Assembly (NCBI GenBank): GCA_040954595.2
Contig: CM082590.2
Span: forward strand, 7,068,001-7,132,000
From: Balanoglossus misakiensis
Lineage: Eukaryota; Animalia; Hemichordata
Direction: 5' to 3'
Length of the DNA: 64,000 nt
Each line of letters opens with the position of its first letter. Position 1 is the stretch's first letter. Below the pieces are notes generated by a model that was given only the letters and a program-made list of their open reading frames with translations, had not been told where the DNA came from and ran no database searches. Of the stretch, positions 1 through 10,255 are shown piece after piece. A program made the translations under genes and the position numbers.

Positions 1-2385
1 TTCGGCCTTGCAAAGGAATTCGAGACAACCCATGAGAGGACGAATCATGCAAGATTGTGTCGGCTTCTACTTGAGGGCGGCGCCAAGGCACTCCGTGAGG
101 CATTTAACAAAATACACCCATCAGGTACTTTGGTGGGTATTCTGGCTACCAACAAGGCAACCGTTAACAGTAATTTGCTGATGAAGAAAATTATTAACAG
201 ATCCCAATTCGATGTACTTTACCCTCAGCATGGAGCGGTAACCTCAGAGGACTTTGACATCAGTCTATTGATGGTCCTATTGCGGAACATCTGTTGGCTG
301 CAACGTCCAGTAACTGGCTGGGATGCTAAACCAGCAACAACTGATCACAGTATGGAGGCCGATATGGTACGTATTAAGTGTTACCGAAACGAACTGAGTC
401 ACATGAAAACAACAAGCATTTCTGATGTTGACTTTGAGGCCAAGTGGCTTGAGATCAGCGAGGCTCTGCAACGTCTGGGTGCCCGGAAAGACGACATTGA
501 TCACCTGAAAACCGTTGCCATGGACAGTGAACTCGAGAAGACGCTCTTGGATAACTTGGCAACGTGGACTGAGAGTGACATGGATGTGAAGATGCAGGTC
601 AGGGAAATGAGAGGCGATGTCAGTGAAATGAGAGGTGACGTCACTAAGATTAAAGGTTTGCTGGAGAGTCGCCAAGACGGACAAGAAGCTGAGAAAGAAA
701 CCACGGCACAACATGAGAAGGACTTAAGTGGTCGAGATGCAAATGCTCTGAAATCAAACCGCAAAACTGTGAAACAACACCTGGACGACACACGTGAGAA
801 TCAGCAGAAAGCTAAGGACACCTTGCTTGGATTACAGTGGCAATACTATCGTCAGCGGCGAATCATTAGGGAACACGCCCGCAAAAGGCTATGCAGCGCC
901 CTCGTGAGGAAGGACCAGGAAGCAAGACTAGTCGCAAAATTAACCGAGCTGTATGGACAGATGCGCGACGATGTTTCAAAAGACGAGGAACGACTGCGCA
1001 GAACCGAACAGAGACTGAAAGACATTCTACACAAGGTAGACGTGCACATACAAAATGCAAATTCTGTCACTTTTTTGTGGAACAGCAGCGACATCAAGCA
1101 GTCTGTGGAGGAGGCACGTAACACGCACACCAAATTCAATATGTATTGTGACGTCGTCGCTGAGTTCTTTCCCGGGCCTTATTTTTCGGACACGACATTC
1201 GGGTTTCTGCTGTTACCAGCCATGCCAGCCACGTCTATCGTCGCTGCAGAAACCCCCCTTGATCTGATAAGGCTTGGAGACCAACTGTCATGGCATATCG
1301 ATATTAAAAACTATCGCGGGGACACAGTTTCGGACTGCCCCGATCTTGTGGTAAATCTCAAAGATGGCGACAACCAAACACGTGTGCTTAACATTCAACC
1401 GACGGAGGGCAGCGTAACAATTGATTCCCAAGCGGAAGGGAAGAGACGCATCACTTATAAAACTCAAACAGAAGGAACACACGAACTAACTGTAACTTTG
1501 CGTGGTTACAACGTCCTCGGCTCTCCGTGCGCGTTTGAAGTGCCGCCATCTTGGAAATTCACCGAGATACCGTTTCGAGTCGATACATGTTCACCTAATT
1601 TATCCCGACCTTGCGGCATGCAAGTGGATACATCTGGAAACATAGTTACTGCGGACCGTGACACAGGCAGGCTGATCATATTAAATAAAGACAGGAGACG
1701 AAAGCGTGACGTTAAAGTGAAACTCGAGAAATTTCTACCAGTCGGTGTGGCCGTGTATGGTGACGACGAATATTTGGTAACAAACCAAGATGCTGAACGT
1801 CCAGTTCTTTTATGCAATATAGCCACTGGGAAAGTGCTTGTCTTTGGGGAAGGAAGGTTAGTAGAGGCAAGTGGCGTGGCAGTTAACTTCGGCAAGAAGT
1901 TCATCTACGTATCGGACATACATCAGCACAAGGTCTTCATAATCCGTAGCACCACAAAGAAGTGCTTCGTGATATTCGGCGCCAAGGGGGCAGAGCCTGG
2001 CCAGTTCGACACCCCTCGTTACCTGGCAACCAACAGCCGGGATCAGGTCGTCGTGTCCGACTGCGGCAACAACCGGATCCAAGTCTTCACCGACGACGGA
2101 GTATTCCTGTTCCTCTTCGGAAACCCCGGGTCCGAACCCGGAGAGTTCAGTTCCCTGGCAGACGTTTGCGTCGACGTAAACGACAACATCTACGCGTGCG
2201 ACACCAAGAATCATCGCGTCCAGAAGTTCAGTGCTGAAGGGAAGTTCATCTGTTGTGTTCTGACCAGCGGCGACGACCTACAGTTTCCTGTTCACATCGC
2301 ACTAATCCACGGCCAACCAGGGAAGATACTTGTTTATGACGCTGTAGACCTTAAAGCTATCAAGTACTACGAAAGAGCTCTCTAA
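1..2385 (+). CDS. HEPN (DZIP3-like) - coiled coil - filamin - NHL repeat protein, TRIM-NHL-like; 5'-partial
   Basis: Frame 1 is open from base 1 (FGLAKEFETTHERTNHARLCRLLLEGG...), so the TTG at 55 is not a real start. The N-terminus has DZIP3-like HEPN hallmarks (NHARLCRLL, DFDISLLMVLLRNIC, TGWD, RIKCYRNELSH). A long charged coiled coil runs ~520-1130. A filamin-like repeat (ITYKTQTEGTHELTVTLRGYNVLGSP) lies ~1240-1545. NHL repeats follow (GEPGQFDTPRYLA-like, VVVSDCGNNRIQVF, YACDTKNHRVQKF). Stop TAA at 2383-2385; no intron within the window. Confidence 0.88.
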   Translation, partial: FGLAKEFETTHERTNHARLCRLLLEGGAKALREAFNKIHPSGTLVGILATNKATVNSNLLMKKIINRSQFDVLYPQHGAVTSEDFDISLLMVLLRNICWLQRPVTGWDAKPATTDHSMEADMVRIKCYRNELSHMKTTSISDVDFEAKWLEISEALQRLGARKDDIDHLKTVAMDSELEKTLLDNLATWTESDMDVKMQVREMRGDVSEMRGDVTKIKGLLESRQDGQEAEKETTAQHEKDLSGRDANALKSNRKTVKQHLDDTRENQQKAKDTLLGLQWQYYRQRRIIREHARKRLCSALVRKDQEARLVAKLTELYGQMRDDVSKDEERLRRTEQRLKDILHKVDVHIQNANSVTFLWNSSDIKQSVEEARNTHTKFNMYCDVVAEFFPGPYFSDTTFGFLLLPAMPATSIVAAETPLDLIRLGDQLSWHIDIKNYRGDTVSDCPDLVVNLKDGDNQTRVLNIQPTEGSVTIDSQAEGKRRITYKTQTEGTHELTVTLRGYNVLGSPCAFEVPPSWKFTEIPFRVDTCSPNLSRPCGMQVDTSGNIVTADRDTGRLIILNKDRRRKRDVKVKLEKFLPVGVAVYGDDEYLVTNQDAERPVLLCNIATGKVLVFGEGRLVEASGVAVNFGKKFIYVSDIHQHKVFIIRSTTKKCFVIFGAKGAEPGQFDTPRYLATNSRDQVVVSDCGNNRIQVFTDDGVFLFLFGNPGSEPGEFSSLADVCVDVNDNIYACDTKNHRVQKFSAEGKFICCVLTSGDDLQFPVHIALIHGQPGKILVYDAVDLKAIKYYERAL

Positions 2386-2403
2386 CTTTACACGGGATTT
2401 CAT

Positions 2404-2735
2404 TTAAGCAGCTCGAAACACTGATAAGAACTCCAATGTAAATGGCTAGAGTAAAGTGAGATTGTTATGCTGAAGTCGGCGTCTGGTTACGTTCGTTTTG
2501 ATCATTAGAACTGATTAGAGCAGTTCTGTATCAACACACTCTGGGGGTGTCCTGCTTCGAACATGTCTAAAACACATGTGTACACTGAGAGGGGCAACAG
2601 GACATGTTGATACAGAGCTATGTAATCAGTTATAATGATCATTGCAAATGTAACCAGATGCCAACTCATTCATAAAGTCTTTGATTACTCTGGCTAATTA
2701 TATTGGAGTTCTTATCAGTGTTTCGAGCTGCTTAA
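2404..2735. mobile_element. ~330-bp fold-back (palindromic) MITE-like element just after the HEPN-NHL stop codon
   Basis: TTAAGCAGCTCGAAACACTGATAAGAACTCCAAT at 2404 is mirrored by ATTGGAGTTCTTATCAGTGTTTCGAGCTGCTTAA ending at 2735. Inner arms (tctggttac...tgatcattagaactgattagagcagttctgtatcaaca / tgttgatacagagctatgtaatcagttataatgatca...gtaaccaga) also pair. Confidence 0.75.
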
Positions 2736-2825
2736 GTGATAGGCATTGTATCTCCAAGAGCATGTATTCATAATATGGTCGGAAGAGACATGAATTAATG
2801 TGTGTATATCAAGAAAAACGATGAA

Positions 2826-2864
2826 CTGTCAAACACAAAACTTCGGATGAAGTACAACTTTATT
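2826..2864 (-). terminator. Candidate polyadenylation signal of the large minus-strand gene
   Basis: Minus-strand AATAAA at 2859-2864, followed ~20 nt downstream by a U/GU-rich element (TTTTGTGTTTG, 2830-2840); ~1.2 kb after the TAG at 4064. Confidence 0.4.
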
Positions 2865-4063
2865 TTACATTCTAATAGACTGCAGGATCAACAGAAATTA
2901 AAGTACATCAAATGATATAAGTAAATTTGGTAATTTCAGAGAAATTGAGTAAATGGAATGGGGACTTATCTTAGTTATGGAATATGGAACTTGTCTGTAC
3001 AGAGTAAAATTGTGGTCTACAGCAATTGGAGTTGTCTGATGCTTTATATAACATATGGTATACTCTATGCAAGAAAGACGAGCAAATCGTTCTCCTGTCC
3101 ATTGAATGACATGGCAGAATTATCACCGTTTGGAGACAGTCAGGGGCATTCTAGACTCTATGTCGGTCGCTGTGCCTGTCGATAAGGAATGGAACTTTGG
3201 TACGACGCGCCGCCAGGCAAAGTGGCTGTACATTTCTGTACATTATTTGATATGAATATTCATGGGTAAGGCGAGGGGCGGGGTTATTAAATTCGCTTAT
3301 TAGAACATGTAGAAGTGCACAAGAACTCGACATGACAACTTTCAAAATGCGTATTTCTATATGTGCTATGTACGCGTATAGAACATCATGTTGACGCAAC
3401 GCTAATTTGATTGATAGACATATGAGGTTCGAATGTTCTCTTGGAGCAAGACTAGGGAGGGGCGTACCTGCTTTGCAGATAGGTCCTTCCTAACTTATCC
3501 CTGTTTGGCAGGACGCTCTAAGTAATCAGATCGCTGAGCAATGTCATCAAAGAACGACGACAAGAGTACAGTAGCAGAATACGTTTAACCCTACTGGGTG
3601 TCATAGCCAGTTGGAGTCTCAAGTCCACAAAAAATGATATATGTATTCTGACGAAGTTGGCATCTTTGCTTAGTTGCCATGTGTGCATTTTGCCTCAATT
3701 TAGCAGTATCCACTGATGAATGTACTGTATATGCGTATGTGTAAGACCCTATGGACTACAGAAGCATAGCTGAAAAAGTACCTTTTGGGATGAGGGTATA
3801 ATTATGATTAAGATACATTGAATTATTTGGAGATTATCTGATTTCATGATGTAAGACTCTATGAATTATTACTCAAGCATAGCCTGAACGTATAAGCTTT
3901 TGGGTTGAGGTATATACAATGTATATGATATAGATACAGTGACTTATAAAGAGATCCTGGGATTTCATGATATTATACATACTACCGACCTGCTCGCCTT
4001 TCTGTGTTTCACTAACCCATTGCTAAAAACATCTACAGAAACTGCTATCGGTGTGGGACTACG

Positions 4064-4850
4064 CTACTTTGCCGGACACACGCTGCGACCTGTTCGCCGG
4101 AAGTGTAGCATGAGTTCCCGCTTCTTCCTCGCCTGCGGCGTCTCGTCTTCCGGCGCTTCCACCTCCGATGCCGGAATGCAGGTGCATTCCGTGATGATGT
4201 CCACCTGCGGATTGAAGAGGTGGTTGAAAATTAAAGGGACAAAGTGTCTCTCTCGCTGGCCTTTTTCATTAATTATTTTTGATACAAGACACCGTTTATG
4301 TTATTCTACATGTGGATATCTAGTGAATCAACGTTCGACCACACAGTACAACTTCCATCCCACTTGTAGACACGAGAGTGAAAAACTCGCCAAAATGAAT
4401 AATCGGTGTTTACCATTTCTTCTTTTTGGTGAGATGTTTACTCTCATATCCTGTAAAGGGTCTCTATAACGTACCATTGTCCATATATCTTTCTTTCACA
4501 GACTTCACATTGTGCTGTGTTTTTTGTTGATTGTCGTATCATTTCGTCTCTGTCTTTGCAACTGGCTGTATAAATACTTTATATTTGACCTATGAACTTT
4601 AGAATATAGATGTGTATATATTTACGTACCATCGTTTCAGCGACCACTGTGGTGTTGTCGGGGTTCACAGAGCAGTTGAGAGTGACCGGTGTGTTCTCGA
4701 TGGTCAAGGGTTCGCAGCAGTGGCTCCATTCCTGGGAGCAGCCGCCGCGACACAGACCGACGTTCACCGAGGCCGTGCAACCGTCGTCGTTCGTCACGTC
4801 CACGTAGTGCGGCATCATGCTGCACAGCAGCGGTTCCGAGCCGAAGAATT
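4064..4850 (-). CDS. Terminal exons: C-terminal cystine knot, RKKR and tail
   Basis: Exon 4630-4850 ([74 protein letters not shown]) and exon 4064-4204 ([46 protein letters not shown]). CxGxC...CCxP...LxC...CxC pattern. Confidence 0.85.
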
Positions 4851-7800
4851 CTTAAAAGACAAAAATTTTCATTTGTTACAACTTGTATGGGGGTCTGCAC
4901 ACACACAATTAAGACGGTTCTGAAGCGTCTCAGATCAGATACTGTCTTAAAAAACCATGTGTGGACGGTGTATAGTGGTTCTGAAACGTCTCAGATCTGA
5001 GACGGCTTTGCCGACCAGACCCTATATAGGGGTCACACACACACTATTAATGCGTTTCTGAAGCGTCTCAGATCAGATACCGTCTTAAAGAAACACGTGT
5101 GGACTGTGTAAGTGGTCCTGAAACGGCTTAGATTTGAGACAGCTTTGCTGACCAGACCCTATATGGGGGGTCACACACACACCATTAAGACGGTTCTGAA
5201 GCATCTCAGATCAGATACCGTCTTTAAAAAACATGTGTGGACAGTGTAAGTGCATGGTCCTGAAACGTCTCAGATTTCAGACCACTTTTCTGGCCAGACC
5301 TGAGCCGGTGTATGGATTAACACCTCTCCGCAACCCATTGTCTATGGGGCCGAGCCTCAGCGCCTATACACAAACTTTGTGTGTGTGGACGCAACGCGAC
5401 TCAAAGGATAAATGCTCTGAGTTTACCATAGGCAAATAGTGTCTCAAATTTTACCCTGTCTGAACCTGGTAATATTAAAACGCATCTTCTTTATCAACTT
5501 AATAAAAATCAAACAGATTAATCTGATAAAGATTTTAATGCAAGAACCTGGGGTGAATATTAACTGTGGTGGAAATAATGAGCTTGTCAAAACACTGTGT
5601 TTTAACTGGATAATAGGGATAGAAGATGTTTATGTTACCAATTGAAAACAAAATCACACTATAATGATATGCTTATTATGTTATTTATTACCCAGACATT
5701 ATCTGCACCACCTGACAAACTGATGTATACAGACCCATAACCCTTTCACCCCAGTTCCCTCTGTAAAGGTCCATTTTAACACAGAAAGTAATATATTTGG
5801 ACCAAACCATGGTGGTCAAGGGGTTAAAATACACCACCTGACAAACTAACGTATACAGACCCATAACCCATTCACCCCCAGTTCCCTCTGTAAAGGTCCA
5901 TTTTAACACAGAAAGCAATATATTTGGACCAAACCATGGTGGTCAAGGGGTTAAAATTGTCTCAACCTACCCTCATCACACCTTCCATACTTGACAACTG
6001 TAATGATTTCACCCGTCAAACAGGCCCTGCGCATCATGTTGCACTCGGAGCGATAAGTCTTCATTTCGTAGTGGCTCAGTCCACACACGGGGCTGTGTCG
6101 CGCCTCTGTACAGTCCGGACACTGGCACTGGTAGTCGCCGCCTCCAAGTGGCACACAGGTGGCACCATACTGGCACACTTGGTTGTTGTTACATTCACCT
6201 GGAATTTAAGGATGTACGTTTGTCAAAATTGAAAGTATTGTCATTTCTTTTAATTGTTGATTTTTGGATTATCCTGTGTATGTATAATGATAATCCGTGA
6301 TAAAATATAGTGGTCACCACGCTTGTATTTGAAATACAGAGCCATGAATTTAGTCGATAATACAAGAAAGCTGCTGACTCAGCATTTTCCACCAATGGTT
6401 TGTCTATGGGCTAAATTTTTAACGCAATTTATCTCAAAATAGAGCGCGGTGACCATATGATTTTATTTGTCCAATGAATTCATTTTTAACTGACTGAGCT
6501 ATTTGTAAAATTTCATGAAAATGACAATAGTAGAAGTTTGTTTTCTGGCGATTGTCAATGTAATCCTATGGGAAAAAGACCGGGCGCGCACTGTTTCCGG
6601 TTTATGTTCTGCGCGTACATCCTTAATTAGCCCGCCGTTCAGTTGACAAAAATGCAATCACCACCACAAAATTCACAGTGACGGATTAACCAACTGTGAA
6701 GTCACACCAGCAAAGAATATAGTAAGTCATAATTTTAGAACAGTCATGTGAAATTGCATGTGCAAGCTCATAAACCCCTTTATAGTTAAAATGGTTAAAT
6801 GTTCACACGACCACATGGTACACTCGCATAAATTGGGTTGTAAGAAGGTAAAAGGGGTTTCACATTTTGTATATAATTTTCATGACTTAATTCCAACTTA
6901 AATCAGTCCATCTAAATAAGCTTACTGATAGGTATACATGAACACCTTATCGATGCCCGATTGTGACTGCATGTTGCAATTTGAACACGCTATGTATTAA
7001 AACGGTGCCACACCGATTTATTCAGCTTCCATACAAACAGTGCACAGCTATCGTTGTATGCGTTGTCAAGAGATGACAAACTGATGCAAATAGTAATATG
7101 GCTTAATGATGAAAATTTTAAAGGATAGGGAATATATTTGAAGTATTTTATTGTGGAAAAAGTATGTGAAATTTGGCAGCTATAGCAGCTTTAACATTTA
7201 TACTTACATGGTATAAACTGGGGGCACATTTTAGCAACCTGCTGATCTACACAGGGTAAACCAAGTTCATTGGGTTCTTGCTTGACTGACCGGCTTCTGG
7301 TGACAACGCCCTCACCACACGTCACTGAACATTCCGACCATGGTCCCCAAGGGTTCATGACACAATCTGCAGAAAGAGAGAAATCCATAGCAATATTATG
7401 GATTTAACCATCTCATCTTCTGGTATTCTTATGCGTCTTTATATTTTGATAATTAATTACATTGAATTATATCAGGAAATAAGCTGAGATGCCAGTTATC
7501 ACAGCTCAAATGACAGACTGTATATATGGGATTAGCCTGAACATATTCCAATACAAACTTCTACATGTACTACTGACCCAAACTTATCACATACTAGTAT
7601 CTATGTTATGTTCACAGCAAATGTGACATACCGCTACAGTTCTTACACCCAAACCTATGTGCATTGAATTTCAGATTTCTGAGTAAATGTTTTCTTAAAA
7701 TCAGAATTAGACAGAATTTCGTTTTAACAAACTGGATAACTATTTGTCCATATGTCTTACTGCGTGAAGTTAAGAGACCATTACACCATGTTCACTGGGC

Positions 7801-8523
7801 CACATTAGTGTTCTTTATAGGCAGGGCTCTCGGCAGGCAATCTCGCTATCACAACATATTCATATACTGTAAAACAGGTTATTTTTGCGACAGGAAATTT
7901 TCGCGATATTGAAAGAGGCAACTGTTACACATGTTTCGCGTTCTCGTATTTCATTAACTACAATGTTATCTCTGAAAAACATTTTACGGGACTTTTAAAT
8001 TTAAATTTCACGTTTCTTTGGCTCTCGAGTATTTCGCGAAAATTTGTTACTCGTGAAAATAACCCGCTTTACAGTATAAGGAAGTTGAACCAGAGTAACC
8101 CTTCTTGCTATTCATGTTTAATGCACATACCTCTGCGGCATTGTCCATCGCCAACCTTACGTATTATTCGCCTGGACTTGCACATTTTATACTGCATGGC
8201 GCACAGGTCGACATACGTGTTACCATCGTCACCACACACAGCGACTATAAAACAGAAGGTAATAATAATTGTTGAGGTCTAGGAAGAAATTGTTATTTCT
8301 GGCAGCCCGACATATCCCACTTCAAATCCCGTCGACCGTTAACATTTTTTCTCCACCTGAAGCGAAAATCGCACTGGATTGTGCAAAATTAGATAAAATC
8401 GAAATTACACTTGACTTTAAATGTTTCATTTTGGTGAATTTCTGCCACATTTTCATTTCAATTTTGAAAAATTATTTTTACAAAATTAAAAAGAAAGAAT
8501 ATCCGACCTATCTACCTTATGTC

Positions 8524-8555
<32 letters not shown>

Positions 8556-10222
8556 TTATGTCATTGTTAGAAAATAAAGCAAGTAAATTATAATCTTCAT
8601 AAACTTAAGCTAAATAACGTCGGAGATAGTAAAACATTTTTGCCTTTTTGAAACTGTGATTAAGCTACTAAAAGAGAGAGAGTAATAATAGTAATTGTTA
8701 ACATATTCTACGTCAAATTCAGCTGACCCTAAACAAGATTGTGCAAGATTTGGTAAACATTGGATGTCAAGCACAATTCAATCATGTCATGCATTTTGGC
8801 TAAGTTCTGACATATTATTTTTTGACCTGGTCAAAATTTTAAAATATTTAAAAAATTGAACAAAAAACCAATTTACTCTAATTCAGGTGTGCATGATATA
8901 GGAGACATACATGATTTGTCTGACTTTTTTAAGAAAATAAAATATGTGTCTTTTAATCTTTATTAAGCTAAATAGCATGTCAGTCATGGTGAATCATTTT
9001 CACGTTTTTCAAACTGTGCTACTTACTGGCATCTGGTGGTGGTTCAGGGCATGGTTCACACACGCATATAGGTCTGCTGAACAGATCAGACATTTCACAA
9101 ACGGCGCCCATGCGACACACAACACCATCACAGGTAGCTGAAAGGAAACAAAATGGTCCCATTCAAACTTTGCATCCATAATTTATATTCCTTACGGTAA
9201 TTTTGCAAAGTATTCGCCATCTTGTTTTCATTAAAAAAAGACAACATTCTTCTCCATAGAGTTAACACAGAGAATTGGATTGGCGGCCATTTTGAATTTC
9301 AAATATGCGACAATTTGCTTTCTCATTACACACTGACCCCAAATTTCTTTTCGTACTTTTAAGATAAGTTAATTTAAAGTTACCTTGAGCAAAATAGAAG
9401 AAAAAGATTATGATTTTACAATTTTGATTATCGAGAAGTATACTACCTCAAAGAAACATATCAGTATACAATAGCTCTTTTTTATCTTAACGAAGATAAG
9501 AATAAATGTACATACGTTTGCAAGGTCCAGGGTAGTCGTAGTGGACAGGATGGCCACTCTGACATTTGAACATCATCAACTCATTATGGCTTAAGTAGGT
9601 CTGTCCATCTGTTCCACAAACCAAACCAGGGATGTTGGAACATGTATGTTCTCTGCACCTACACTCACAAGATGGCAGGTTGTCGTGGGTTACGACACAT
9701 GTCTTCAGTCCCGGACAGGGTCCAGCTAACCCACACACATCTGAAAGTATGAGAAGGTATGTTAATTAAAGGCAATAGGACATCTCACGTGCATGCGCGT
9801 AACTTCCATTCAAATAGTGGACTGTCTTCGCTTAGTTCCATATTTCATGCGCACCGTATAAGTAGATTCTGGTTTTTCCCTTCTTTTCACTCAAGCTGGT
9901 GTATATTTCATGATCTCCGACGCAGATTATGGTCGCCGCCATCTTCTCTGTTGTTATGGCCACACTAACGCTGAAATTATTCAAGACTACATGAAAGTGT
10001 ATGAGCCAAGAAAGTTAGGGCAGTTATACTCACAGGTGCATATAAATCCGTTTCCATAGTAACCATGATTGCAAACACATTGGTAACTCCCGTGAGTGTT
10101 TATACATTGAGCATTCGCATCACATAGATGAAGACGGTCACATTCATTGATGTCTGTAATTAAAAATAATGATATCAATATAAAGACAACAATAGTAATT
10201 GTATTTTTCAGAAAAATGATTG

Positions 10223-10255
<33 letters not shown>

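Noticed and set aside
55-57. ORF-track start of the 776-aa protein
   Set aside because: It is a TTG inside a frame already open from base 1, and HEPN-like sequence continues upstream; the true start is outside the window.
3939-4469. 176-aa plus-strand ORF
   Set aside because: It is the antisense of the terminal exon running into a family A MITE; no independent coding signal.
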